Positions 26,301 through 39,146 of a DNA stretch of 64,000 nt are shown here, piece by piece. The notes below the pieces were generated by a model. It was not told the origin of the DNA. It was given only the letters and a program-made list of their open reading frames with translations, and did not search any database. How positions within the stretch are numbered: position 1 is the stretch's first letter; every line of letters begins with the position of its first letter. This stretch comes from Laetmonice hystrix (taxonomy: Eukaryota): contig OZ249436.1 of the NCBI GenBank assembly GCA_965235115.1, positions 40,674,001-40,738,000 on the forward strand, given 5' to 3'. Both the position numbers and the translations under genes were made by a program.

Positions 26301-29300
26301 ATCCGTCTGCAGCAAGGGCTGGTGTGGGCAATGAAACATGATTGTGGTGTAATTATCTCCGGATTGATACAGATGTCTGATTGAATGCTGATACTGACTT
26401 GATGTAGGACCGGAGTGGGCTGATCGTAGAGGACTGGCGTGGGAGGTTGGAAGGACGGGGGATCCATGTAATTGTTAGCGGCCATGACGACGGCGGACCT
26501 AGAGGGGGTAAGTAACATGATGCTAGGTCCCATCACAATGAGTCACTACGTATGCGACCATAATAAAAAGGAAGGTGCCTTGAAAGCACAGGAATCATCA
26601 TTGTGTAATGCGATCAATTTCTGGTCCTCGATCGCGCTCTAATTTATAAGGGTAATTATGATAAGGTTTAATTAATAATTACTCAACAAACCTTTCCTCC
26701 TTGGATTAAAACAGTTATTTATTTTTATTCACAGTTGGTTTTGCGAAGAACAGAGCTGTTGAACAAAGCACAGGACTCTTTCTTTGTTTTCTAGATGCGG
26801 TAAGTGACATGAACTTTTCTAGACAGTCCTATGCTAGAACTAGTTTATTGACAACTTCTCACTACATCCAGGCCAAAGTACAGGTGCACGTTCGACCCAG
26901 TTTCCGAAAAGTTTCAGTTTCAGTAAAAGTTTTGCAGAAGCTTTCCCTCTATCCCCGACACCCAATATTTTTCTTTGGTAGAAACCCCCACACCCCCAGC
27001 AACCCTTGTTTAAACTAACTCTTGAATGGTATTAACACAATGAATCATATAAATATGACTGCTGGAATCACTGAGTCAACACAAGTACCAAAACTTCTTG
27101 GAATTAGAATAACACCTCACTGAGAAGCGGATTCACAAAGAACATGTGGCCATCACCTGTTGCTAGTTAAGATTTGAGGTTATAGAAGAATGTTTTTGGG
27201 CTCCGATAAGCAGGAGTCGATGGCAAGCTCTCTGTAAACATGGCACTGCCTTGCCCCTGTGGCTGCCCTCTGTTTACGTGCCACCTCTGTTTCTCTTCCC
27301 AATCAGAAAGGTTGAATTCACTGAGGGCCTGTGTACATGATCTAGTGGGGACATTGAAGATTCTGACCCTGAAGATGATCCAGGGTGCCCCCATTGACCC
27401 TGAACGAGGGTGTCGTGGGACGTCGCAGGAGTATCCGATTTTTCCGTGTTGTCGCCCCAACATGTGAACTCTGTCTTCTCCGAGTTTGAAGTACCTCGAG
27501 TTAATAATGACAACAAACTACCCCTGGCGTCTCAAAACAGGCACTCGAAAAGTAGACATGCTTAGGTTATCTATACACCCCGGTAGTCAAGGATACTCAT
27601 GATATTAAGTCATCGAGGCAGAATATCTTTCTAAGAATACAAATTGAAACGGGCTTGGCCCATTTCTAGAAAACCTGTGTCAGGATTATAAGGAGTGAGT
27701 CTGTGAAGTCTTATTTGCAATGCATGTCCTGAAGAAAAGGCAAGATTATTTACTTAAAAACTGTGACTGTGTTAGAAATAGATAGGTAGGGCCTAGACAT
27801 AACCTAGAAAAATAACGTTAGATGCGGTTATGTAGTCATGCCGGACAAAGCTTTTATTCAAATTATTGATGACCTTTAAGAAGTTCCAGACACAAAAAAG
27901 CAAACGCAACAGAATCTCAACGTCATACTGCTCCATAGTTAAGCTTTTTTCAGTGTTTTGTTCCAAGGACCATGCTTAAGATTCAATTTTAATATAGTAA
28001 GTTACAACTATCAATGACCCTCCAATTTCAGTAAAAATTGAAAGTCCATACATTAGAAATGGTCCACAATTTAAACAAGTAGGTACTCTTGTAATATTTG
28101 GATAAAGTAAATATGGATATTAAACGTATTAAAGGAGACACCAAGAAGGAAGTAACTCAATGAGAGATGACCTGTTTTTCCTGAACGATGCGACTATAGC
28201 CAGTACTGGTGACTCGTACAACCAGATAAAGTTGATTTGTGATAGCAACCTTTGCTTTGAAACTGCAGTACCACCAGGACAACTGGCACTGAACAGAAAA
28301 ATAAATTACCATTAGAGGGGGTTCTTGTCAAAAACATATATGTACATGTAGGTTTAATTGTTTAAAGCGGTGATGATGATAAGTTTCTTTTATTTCAATA
28401 AAAGTAGGTAAGTTATCCGACACGTTGGCGCCACATTTCACATTAAGGGAGATAATGGACTTCAGCTGAACTTTATATATACTTGAATGATAAAAAAGTT
28501 AGGACTGTGAGTTCCTGTGAGTATATTCTGGATATATTTATGCTCTTCCTCTTTACAGGACGATGTAATGCACAAAGATCGGATCATCAAACAACTCGAA
28601 ATAGCCTTGCACCGCCCTGGGTCTGTAAGTATTCCGTATATCACACGGGATGGTTCAAACAACTCGAGATAGCCCTGTACCGCCCTGGGTCTGTAAGTAT
28701 TTCGTATATCACACGGGATGGTTAAAACAACTCGAGATAGCCCTGCACCACCCTGGGTCTGTAAGTATTCCGTATTAAATAGTTATATATCACACTGGGT
28801 GGTTCAAACAACTCGAGATAGCCCTGCACCGCCCTGGGTCTGTAAGTATTCCGTATTAAATACATGTAGTTATATATCACACGGGATGGTTCAAACAACT
28901 CAAGATAGCCCTGCACCGCCCTGGGTCTGTAAGTATTCCGTATATCACACGGGATGGTTCAAACAACTCAAGATAGCCCTGCACCGCCCTGGGCCTGTAA
29001 GTATTCCGTATTAAATAGAACACGGGATGGTTCAAACAACTCAAGATAGCCCTGCACCGCCCTGGGTCTGTAAGTATTCCGTATTAAATAGTTATAAATC
29101 ACACGGGATGGTTCAAACAACTCAAGATAGCCCTGCACCGCCCTGGGTCTGTAAGTATTCCGTATTAAATAGTTATATATCACACGGGATGGTTCAAACA
29201 ACTCGAGATAGCCCTGCACCGCCCTGGGTCTGTAAGTATTCCGTATATCACACGGGATGGTTCAAACAACTCAAGATAGCTCTGTACCGCCCTGGGCCTG

Positions 29301-32300
29301 TAAGTATTCCGTATTAAATAGTTATAAATCACACGGGATGGTTCAAACAACTCAAGATAGCCCTGCACCGCCCTGGGTCTGTAAGTATTCCGTATTAATA
29401 GAACTTTATATATCACACGGGATGGTTAAAACAACTCAAGATAGCCCTGCACCGCCCTGGGTCTGTAAGTATTCCGTATTAAATAGTTATAAATCACACG
29501 GGATGGTTCAAACAACTCAAGATAGCCCTGCACCGCCCTGGGTCTGTAAGTATTCCGTATATCACACGGGATGGTTCAAACAACTCAAGATAGCCCTGCA
29601 CCGCCCTGGGTCTGTAAGTATTCCGTATTAAATAGTTATATATCACACGGGATGTTCCTCTTCAAAGTTAAAACAGGTCCTCAAAGAGAAAGAGAGGAGG
29701 AGGAAGAAGAAAAGCAAATAAGAAGGAAAAAACTAAAACGATACAAAAACAAATAAGTCAATGAGCTAATAATAAACAAACAAAAAATGAAAACCATTAT
29801 TAAAACATTGATTTATGTATATCTGAGACGTCTTGCGCCCGTTCTGTCTGAACCATGCTAGCCCGGTTACAGGGGACTAACGGTTTGTGAAGCGATATCT
29901 TTCTCACATAAGGTTATTATTGTTGGTGTTATTATTGTAAAGTGGTGTTCGTCCCTCCATGACCTCCCATGGAGTCCTCACGGTTAATTCCCAGTATTCT
30001 CATATTCCAACCCCCACCCCCTTCCCACATCCCCTGGTCAGTCTATGCATGCTTCCGTCCCACCTAGAAGGACCGCCGTCAAATTTCCTTACCAACCAGC
30101 TGCTCCAGAATTCACAATATTTTCTTTTGATAATTACATACATGCACAAGCACTGTGTCAGTGGTACTGGTAGGGACCACTTGCTGGTATTTGGAGATGG
30201 GGGGAGTCCAGGCCCGGGAACCTGATCCGACCCACTGGAGCTAATACCTCTCCAGGCTTGGGGCCCGAACGCCGCGTAATATCACGTAATGACCATGGTC
30301 AAAGAGGACCCCTTCAGTCTCCAGGAGACCATTGGCTTCCTATCCCAGCATGCTCAGGTTGGGCAGGCCGGTGGGAGGTTGTCAGTTCTGAAGAATGGTT
30401 CGTTGATTTTGCAAGGGATTTGGCGAATTCCATTATTCCATGCTGGTTTCAGTTATTTTTGTTATAATGAATTCCGTAGTGCCATGGTTATCATACCTTT
30501 GGACTGGTGGGAAATACGGCACTGCATAGATTTTAAAAGGAGAGGAAATAGGTTTTGCAAGCAATTATAAAAATAAGGCAGAAAGAATATTTATAAAAAT
30601 CAGCATAACAATAAAACACCTGTGTGTATTTGTGTGTGTTGATAATCAGCCGTTTCCATCAGGAAACAAACTGATTTCTGTATATTTCTATCAGTTGATA
30701 GGAAGCCGTTTCCATCGAGAACCACCAGGGTCAACAGCTCGGTACACAGAGTGGGCTAACAACCTGACTGAAGACCAGTTTTATACACAAGTAAGAACGC
30801 CACCTGTACACACTTTATCACAGTGATAAAAAGCATACTTTTCCAGCAGTTAAAATAAAAGGGATTTTGAGACAGTGGATAAGCTGTACACACACCACGG
30901 TCTAGCTAAGTTATGCTTTATCTCTCCTGGAGGGGGTTTAAGCGGTTTGTGCTCCGGTTACGAATTGGCTATGGTTTATGTTATGAATTTTTGCCCCCCC
31001 CCCAAAGATGACTTTTACCCATGGTCTATGTGTTTGTCTCAGTGTGACCGTGTTGGTGTATGATTCAGGCGTACACTTCCCATGGACCGACCGTCATCAT
31101 GCCAACCTGGTTCTGTAGTCGGGAAACTTTCAACAAGGTCGGCAACTGGGATGAGTCTGGGAAGGTAATTACAAAAAGATGTTGGGGAGGAGGTTGGTGA
31201 CGTCATGGCCTTATTTAGATTTAATAATTCAGATACATGTGAAATTGTAATTCACTCTAGCTCTGATACACTTAAAGTTCGGTGTAAACATTTAGCGGTC
31301 ATTTTTCAGGGCACTCCAGAAGACTTGCTATTTTTTTACAAGCACCTTGAGCTGGGTGGACAGATTCTGAGAGTGGATCAAGATCTTTTGACGTATCGAT
31401 ATCATGAGGATGCAGCAACTTTCTCCGTTCTTGAGTAAGATTTCATTTGTCTGTATTCAGATTTAAGTTTTAAAATTGTTGAACAAGGAATTAATTAATC
31501 AATGTCATGAATTTTTTGTTGATATAAATTTCATGACTGAGGATGCAGTTTATATGTGAAATGTAATGCCCGAACTTCGGAAAACATAGTGCATGACTGT
31601 AAATTACACTTAAATTACATCTCTAAAAAGTCTCTGTCACACAGGGAAACCATTTGGAAATTGCGGGTATCGGCATTAGAAGAGAGGATACTTAGTAAAT
31701 GGTCCACGTTTACGATATGGAATGCAGGAAAACAGGGCCGATATCTTTATAGGTCTCTCACCAGTAAAAACAGGCAAAAGGTAAGCGTTATCTATGGGCA
31801 TGCATGTTTCTGAAATATATGTCTGATTATTTTAACGAATGTATTCTTTGGCAGCAGCTTTAAATGGGAGTGTAAGACAGCCAAATTTTATACAAGAGAA
31901 ATATAGTCAATTTTATAATTGTATTTCTTGTGCTGTGTGATCTATCACACGCCAAATTTCTACAGTTACACTCGTTGTCCTTTAGGCAGCCTACGTTTCC
32001 TGCTGTTTATCTTTTATTATATTCGACTCTGGTTTCCAGTCATAACTTCTGGCTATTGAAATAGTTGGCCCATGTTATTTAGAAATAATCATTCACAGTT
32101 TAGGTACACGCTCTGATCAACTATTTGCTTCACGTGGCAACTATATTACAATTACAAAAGCTAACTTTAGGATCCTTTATCAGTGCACGTAGTAAACCAT
32201 GCAACGCCCCGGATATGTAGCCTACATGTACGGAGATCCAAGTCATCTGGATACAGTGTTGTTGATAGCAAGTTGTCCCAACTACAATGTATTTGTAAAT

Positions 32301-33550
32301 CCAAAACATACGTGGCTCTCAATCCCAACTTTATCCGCGATCAGTCCCTGCTCGCTGACTGCAGTTTGTCAGTCATCAAATTAGTCCCTCCCATAATCTT
32401 GGAGAGCGCTATGAATGCTGCGGGGTCCTAAAAGTCGAGGACTCCAGGGCGAAGGTAGGAGCACATAATTATAACTGGCAACACACCATCCGGGCGGCTG
32501 GCTCTCCTCTGCTGAGGCTCTCAGGTTAGTTTGGGCTTTTCTCTAGTATAGCCGTGGGCCCGATTTTACTATATCCTAGGTCTGGTGACTCCTAAGCTGT
32601 GCATTATAGAATAAATTGTTATATGTATTTATCTCTCCACATCTTCCTTGTTCGCTTCTTTGACAACCATTTTATAAAAGGGTGTCTTACGTAATTATTC
32701 TCCCCTTCAATTCTTCAATTAAACACGTGCTACTGCTAGCTTCCCTTATCAGAGAGCACCGAGAAACAGGCTTTCTGATAGGAGTCAGCGGAGGAGGAAA
32801 GTTAATATGTTGTCAGGGCATTGTTTACTATTAGAAATTTTATATAAAGCTCCTATTTTCTGCGTATGCTTAGGTACATTTTCTAATAGGTGACCTTGTA
32901 TTTGCTCCCAGGTTGCCATGTTTTGCGATGTTGATGAAAAGAAAATTGCTAAAGGAGTCTACATTTATGAAGAGTCAACGGTATGCCCCATCACCCACCT
33001 TTCACCAGAACCAAACCCAGCAACATAAAGTAACATTAAAATTAAACTTGATGATAGCTTAAATCTTCTGAACGTTTTACGTAAACCATTCCGGTAAACT
33101 CTTGTTTCAGTCGTCATTGCACTATTATACCTTCAGTGATTGCACCTGATTGCAGGACTATCCTAGACCACGGGTACCAATCGTTCACTTCACAAAGGCA
33201 GTGGGTCCATTCATCATTTGTGTAAAACAGGTAAATTATTGGTACATTGTCATTACTCACATAATGTCAGAGGTAAATTTTCGGTTTGTAAGGATTTGAC
33301 TTCTTCATACACATTGTACTGGGGGAGGACCTATGAAGGAGAGATCTTCAGTGCCCACCGAATGTAGCGTGACGGTTGGATTTGCTCATATCAAAGTTAT
33401 AGGCCTAGTCAATACTGACTGTTGATTCGGAATAATGCCATACTTAATGCGGGACTCTTTCTGTTGTAGAATTTGACTGGTGGAGGGTTTGAGGCCAACC
33501 TTCGTTCACTCAGCCTGACAGAAGGCGAAGACTACATTCATTTTAATTGA
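17384..33550 (+). CDS. B3GNTL1: GT2-family queuosine-tRNA galactosyltransferase (B3GNTL1/QTGAL), 345 aa, 12 exons: 17384-17395, 20041-20157, 26408-26507, 26735-26799, 28559-28624, 30695-30790, 31069-31164, 31310-31434, 31645-31780, 32912-32980, 33156-33230, 33470-33550
   Basis: All introns are GT-AG with matching phases (1038 nt in total). The translation [24 protein letters not shown]...[35 protein letters not shown]...[13 protein letters not shown]...[13 protein letters not shown]...[11 protein letters not shown]...FCDVDEKKI...[26 protein letters not shown] matches the human B3GNTL1 sequence motif by motif. The 12-nt first coding exon is the least certain. Confidence 0.95.
24631..24661. mobile_element. 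31-bp perfect palindrome with a 7-bp flanking duplication (minimal TIR element)
   Basis: CATAGAGTCTATATT-G-AATATAGACTCTATG, flanked by GATAGAG at 24624-24630 and 24662-24668. Confidence 0.6.
25677..26027. mobile_element. MITE-like element with inverted arrays of 15-bp subrepeats and an internal (TAACCC)n tract
   Basis: (GACAAATGCTCACAA)n on the left, its reverse complement TTGTGAGCATTTGTC on the right, and ctaaccctaaccctaaccc near 25855. Confidence 0.7.
26040..26437 (+). repeat. 141-bp tandem repeat (about 3 units) covering the acceptor and 5' end of QTGAL exon 3
   Basis: GATGTAG|GAC(G/C)GGAGTGGGCTGAT recurs with exon-like starts at 26126, 26267 and 26408. Confidence 0.9.
28587..29654 (+). 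repeat. Minisatellite, 14 units of 68-87 bp, made from the 3' half of QTGAL exon 5 plus its splice donor
   Basis: The unit is TCAAACAACTC(G/A)AGATAGCCCTGCACCGCCCTGGGTCT-GTAAGTATTCCGTA... GTAAGT occurs at 28625, 28693, 28761, 28842, 28929, 28997, 29070, 29151, 29232, 29300, 29381, 29465, 29546 and 29614. Confidence 0.95.
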
Positions 33551-34863
33551 CCAACTTTGGCAAAAAGTGTGGAATAATAACATTCTGGATCGGGCTAAAG
33601 TTGAGCTTGAGTTGGTATGTTTTTAAATAAATTATCAAATATTACGTTGTCTCCCTTGTGTTTTTTATGCTTATTTGTATAACAAATAATAATGGAGAAA
33701 CAATAAAGTCAACCCTCCATTTTGCAAAATATTTTATTTACAGATCATGGGAAACATTTCTGTCAAATAATTTCTGTGACATAGGGGATTACATACAGTG
33801 GTCGCGCTTATCTCCGTAAGGAAGAAGAGCACGTTGTGCTGCCATCTGGCGGCTCCTCTGAGAGATACTTTTTACCAAAAGGAAGACTTCCCTCCAGGTG
33901 GCGCCCTTAGCAATATATGGCCTCAATCACCGACAAAACAGAAAAAAGTAAATATAACCCCAAAAATCATAAAAAGAACATGGGCTACAGTACTAAAATA
34001 TAAACACATAATTTTAAACTATATGATAAAATGTACAACAAAAACCTTTGTAGACGTTGCATAATTTTTCACTAAAAAATAATAGGTCATACTGCAGAAT
34101 AAATTTCCGTGAACGCATTTCCACAATATCAACACTACAATGACATGTCAAAGACATGCTATCACAATACTGACGAGAAATGTAGTTACGCACTCGCTTT
34201 CTCTAACATTTTTTTTATCACAATTGGCACATTAAGTAGAGATAGGAATTCTGTGTGCTTCCAACGTTGTAATCTATGTAATGTCACCATGGTGCCTCGG
34301 TAACCAGAAACCAACAAATATCAGCATTTGTATGTGATCATGCCTCTACACATAAAAGGGCAGTACATGTACATTGTAATTTAGCACTACCTATAACCTA
34401 TAGCAAGAGGTAGAGAGCTAGATCTAGAGTTGCTTCAAAAATTGTCTAATCTGCAATTAGACTTCAAAAGACTAACATTCTGACGACGTTTCTTTCATCA
34501 ATTTGAACAACCTCATTGCAGAATTTCTTACTAGACTTCTTGATGAATCAAAAAACCTGATGGGCAGGATTAAATAAATTAAGGGAAACAACGTCAAGAA
34601 TGGTGAAAAGACTTTTTCCTGCTGTGAAGAAAACATTTGAGGACGAAAATGAACAACCAAATGCAGCATGCAGATATAGTTCTGCTAGTATTTGCTGTGT
34701 TTATGGAGTTCTTGCTCTAAATGTATTGAGGCTCACATTACAAAGATGCGCGTCTGTCTAACACAGAAAACAATATGTTGACTAGGATTCTCATTTAGCA
34801 ACTCTTACACAGTGTGTTAGTGCGTCCTACATGTCCAGCTGGCCACATCCGGGCAGATGGTTT

Positions 34864-37800
34864 CTATGGATACAAGATCAACGCCACGTCGTTCATGTTG
34901 CTGTCTCGTAGAGCATGCTCCAATGTCTCCACATAGGCATTGACTCCATCTCGGTCTCGCCACGACCGAAGTGTTGCGTAAACCTGTGAGCAACAAATAT
35001 AATTTAGGCCTTACAATCTATAATCTATACAATAATTATTTTAGTTCTGCAAATTAATATTCATTTATCATTCAACTGTTGTTTGATTTATAAACATTTA
35101 TATGTTGTTTGTATAATAAAACATGAATATTTTTTCAATCTATACTTTACCTGGTCGACTGCATTTCCCGAGTTTTCCCTCTCGAATTTTTTGATATCAT
35201 CGCCAGTGTAACCTAACTTGTTTGCCACCAGGTGCCAGTCGCGTCGAGCAATTTTATCTGACACTTGACGTAAAACGCCATCTGTCGGCACCTGATGGCC
35301 GACAGTATCAACCGATGGCATATTCTGGGGAAAGGTGACAGGATAAAATTAAATTTTAAAATCAGAAGTTTCGGAAAAAAAAAAAAATTAGCTGTGTTTT
35401 TTTTTGAGTGACCATTGATTACAGTTAATAAGAAATTAAAAAATCGTATAAAAGTTATTGTGATCAGTTTGGAACGATTATTCCAGCTTTTACAACAGCT
35501 CGGCAGACAAATCTGAAACATTTCATGTGGCGAAAAAAATAAGAGTAATTTATTCACATCACGTGGTTTGCTGTCCTTTAATGCCTCAGCTGCGACCTCT
35601 GGCGGAATGATATGAAACTCCAGAATCTTGCTTACTGTTTCTGCTGGAAGTGTTCTTACCCAACTGCATAACTGGTCTTCCTCAATGTAACCTGACAAGT
35701 TCAACCACTTTGAATTATTCAACAGTATTTATAAGTGGTCATTAGGTCAAGATTTAGGCCTTTAAAATAAGTGGTAAAACATAGTGTTGCACTGACGCAT
35801 ACCTCCGTAACTAAAGTATGGTATGGTGAAGAGTTACAGAAAGTTTTAACGCCAATCTTACCTTGGTTCACGGTGTCTATTTGTTGGAAAAAGACATCCG
35901 TAATACGCTTCACAGTCTCCTGAATAACATCGTCAACTCATTCAGTGAATTAGCTTATACTGCTTTCGAAAGAAAGATCACATTGCAATATTTAACAAAT
36001 ATCATGGTAAAGATGACAGACATAATGTCCAGAGAGACGGGTCGATTATATTGTACACAAAAAAAGGCACTCTGCAAGGTCCATAATATTGGAATTATGG
36101 GCAGCCACTCGGAAAAAAAACCCATTTTATTACATAATTATGTATTGAATTTTCAAACCCTGCCAAAACTGGGGCCCGTTTCACAACCATCATTATCCCG
36201 TTGTGATAAAATCGCCATTGGTGCGACACATGCAAGCTAACGACAGTTTGTAAAACGCAACGTATTGTGACGTGTTTGTATGTAGATTTCTGTGGCATAT
36301 TACAGTCAGTAAGTGGTACTCCAGTGTTTTATTGTCCTAAAGTAAATTTGTTCATCGTTTCCAGAATCACTTAACTAAGATACCCTTTAGGGAGCAGGAC
36401 AGGTGAAGGAGGCTGTACACATAGTAACGTAGAGTCCCATTGAATTCATTCCCTGACAGTCGCATGCAAATTTATAACGTACCTGATAGGGCATGCATAT
36501 AACAGCAAGTCATGATCAAGATAAGAGTTTGGAAGTGCCTAGACTGACCTTCACAATGAGTGACACTACAATAAGGTCTCGCTTCTTCACAAAGATTAGC
36601 AGATTGTTCCCCACTACTACTAAAGGTACTAAAGGTAACTGGATCATAATAACAAGATAAAAACAAGATAAAGTCTTGGGTTGGTTAACCGTTTCAAGGA
36701 CACAAAATACATGACACATGAAACAATCTACTGTGGAAGAATGATGATAGAGCCACTAGTTTAACCCTTTCCCTCACAGGACAAGTTGCAAGCAACCGGG
36801 AAATTGTCTTTAAATAGCCACAATTAAATCGTGTGAAAAGGTTAAACTAGCACAGTTGGTGTATAGGTCACCCAGACTTAAACCACATTCATCAGTACAC
36901 AAATAAATGTGATCATAATATTGCCTCACCTAAATAAAAACATCTGCAAAATACATACTGATGCCAACCAGTTTAGCTACATAAAGAGAATCAAATCAAA
37001 ATGCAGGACATACCGTACTGTCTTCAGGATAAACTTGTGACAGAACCTTCTGAAGAATGTCTTTTGTAATAGGATCACCACTATTCACCAAGTGGAATAT
37101 GCCTGAAACAGAATTATTGTATCAGTGGCAATAATATGTTACTGTAGGCTTGGTTCAGTCACATCATGAGAAACCATTCATTTACTGCAGAAGTTTAATT
37201 TAGTTAAGTTTTAACCTTTTAATTCCGTCTGCAAACATCTCTTTCATGACCACGACTAACCTCGGATTTTTTCATCCAGTGAACTGTTTTCTGCCCACTT
37301 CATTGCTGCCAAAAAAGTCTGGAAGGTCACATTGTTGTCCTCTGAGCGCATGTTTCCAAGGATCTGGGGGTCAAATTAGGTGTGTACATAAACCAGGTGT
37401 AGTCTGGAATAAAACTTTTAGAACGTCTCTAGGGTTGCTTTCTGAAAACCCAGCAGGCACGATCACAGCCCTTGCTGAGTTATTTTAAATGCTAAATAAT
37501 GTCAAACTATAGAAAAAAAATCTAATTGTAATTGTCAGATTATACTGGAGTTAGTAACAGCTCAGGTAATTCTTCATTAGAAAATGTGTAAACTTATGTG
37601 TTTAACAAAATCAAGAGTACAGAATACTTATTGGTAATTAGCATGCAAAGTACAAAAAATGGCTATGATGTGAGTTTGCAAAGAAAGATCTTCTCACGTT
37701 TCTCACAAAGATGTCATCCGATGCGGGAGGTCTGTCCAGTATATCTGGTGTTAGGATTCCCTCTTTAGTACACTGCAGCTGTTGGAAACGCTGCCACAGT

Positions 37801-38204
37801 CTCTCAACTTCCACTACAGTCACTAATATCATAAAAAAACATACATTGTGTTTTGACTTACACTTACAGAACTAAAATAAATACATAACTAAAATATCAC
37901 AAGTATTCAATGTCTTTACAGTGTAGAGGGGGGGGGGGGATAAATGCTAGGGGGTAACCCAAAACTAAAAACTTGTTCATTGAGGCATCAGATCAGTCTT
38001 CTAAAAGAAATTGGCCTGTATCTAGTACTATCCGGTTGAATTCTGAATATGTTAATAATAATTAAAATGACATGTAAGAGACAATAAAAACCCACATCCT
38101 GTGGCTGTAGCATGTGCTGTGATCCAATCAACCTTGCTGGGATCAGTCAGCTCAGCTACAATACTTCCAGAGTCGTTTTGGAAGTTACTGGCGTAAGCAC
38201 CCAT
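34864..38204 (-). CDS. CHP/calcineurin-B-like EF-hand protein with C-terminal death domain, 303 aa, 8 exons: 38204-38096, 37822-37698, 37363-37261, 37102-37014, 35919-35862, 35691-35558, 35324-35151, 34983-34864
   Basis: GT-AG exons with consistent phases total 912 nt. The N-terminus MGAYAS fits the MGxxxS myristoylation consensus. ATGLTVVEVERLWQRFQQL...GILT, VTFQTFL...SLDEKIRGIFHL and IDTVNQGYIEEDQL resemble CHP/calcineurin B. The C-terminal LRQVSDKIARRDWHLVANKLGYTGDDIKKFERENSGNAVDQVYATLRSWRDRDGVNAYVETLEHALRDSNMNDVA has a death-domain pattern. Confidence 0.85.
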
Positions 38205-39021
38205 GCCTGGTCCCTGGGCTGAAAGAAAAATCAGAGAAAAATTTATCACTGGTTTACTACTACTGCATGCATATTAACCACATTACTATTGCCATGAAGG
38301 CAGTCAGAGTATTATTGTACATGTATATTTAGCTGGCAACAGCTAACTAAGATTACTGAATCCAAACAAATTGTTTGGGTTAGGGTTAAGGTCAGACTTA
38401 AGGTTAGTTTGATTTTTGTCTCAAATTGGGTGTTAATTAGGTGTATATTGGATAGTCGGCTATTGTGCCATAGAGCATTATTATTGGATGTCTGACGGCA
38501 GAAGAGTAGATTATCTAATTAGTGCCTAATTAACAAAAATTTTGGGACTAAACTAACACTAACCCTAGGCCTAACCTTAACCCTAACCCAAACATATTGT
38601 TTCGTGTTGACCAGTGATACTAATATGATGTAGGTGCTACCTAGAGGACGGGAGGCCTACAACAATACAATATCAGGACTGGTCTTTTTTTTTTAGCAGC
38701 ACGGACGTCGGGATATTGTGGCGTCACAGTGAACCAACACTCAGGCGACTGTTTGTTCACTGTGACGTTACAAATCACACACGCTCTGCAAGGGTCACAT
38801 GACCCTCCATGGATTTCTCCATGGATTTGCTCCATGGTTATTCCGGTTCCGGTTTTACGTGACGAAAATTTTATGTGAGACAGTATGTGTCGCCATGGCT
38901 ACCCTCTCACATGTGTTGTCATAGAGCTCGCTTCGCGAGCCGCTGCGCAGCTCGCTGCACTCGCTAATAGGTCAAACTTTTAAACTAATTTATTTATTCT
39001 GCCGTCTGACGAGTGACGGCT

Positions 39022-39146
39022 GGGCCCTGTTTTACTAGAGTCGAAAATAACGATGTCGATAATTTAACATAGAAGTGAATGGGTTGCTAGGTTGAATTAT
39101 CGACGTCGTTATTAATAATTATCGACCTTTAGTAAAATGGGCCCCC
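39022..39146. mobile_element. Short palindromic MITE; partial copy at about 703-790
   Basis: GGGCCCTGTTTTACTAGAGTCGA...TCGACCTTTAGTAAAATGGGCCC. It shares AATTTAACATAGAAGTGAATGG with 703-790. Confidence 0.6.

Noticed and set aside
25983..26536. Minus-strand ORFs of 111-118 aa with internal repeats
   Set aside because: They are by-products of the 141-bp repeat, antisense to QTGAL exon 3.
28587..29654. Repeat array with variable gaps that resembles a CRISPR array, and its repetitive ORFs ([18 protein letters not shown]...)
   Set aside because: The gaps are variants of one sequence, not unique spacers. There are no cas genes, the array lies in a eukaryotic intron, and the unit derives from a QTGAL exon end.
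25849..38590. Short (TAACCC)n tracts near 25855 and 38580 as interstitial telomeres
   Set aside because: Each has only 3-4 units and sits inside a MITE-like repeat.
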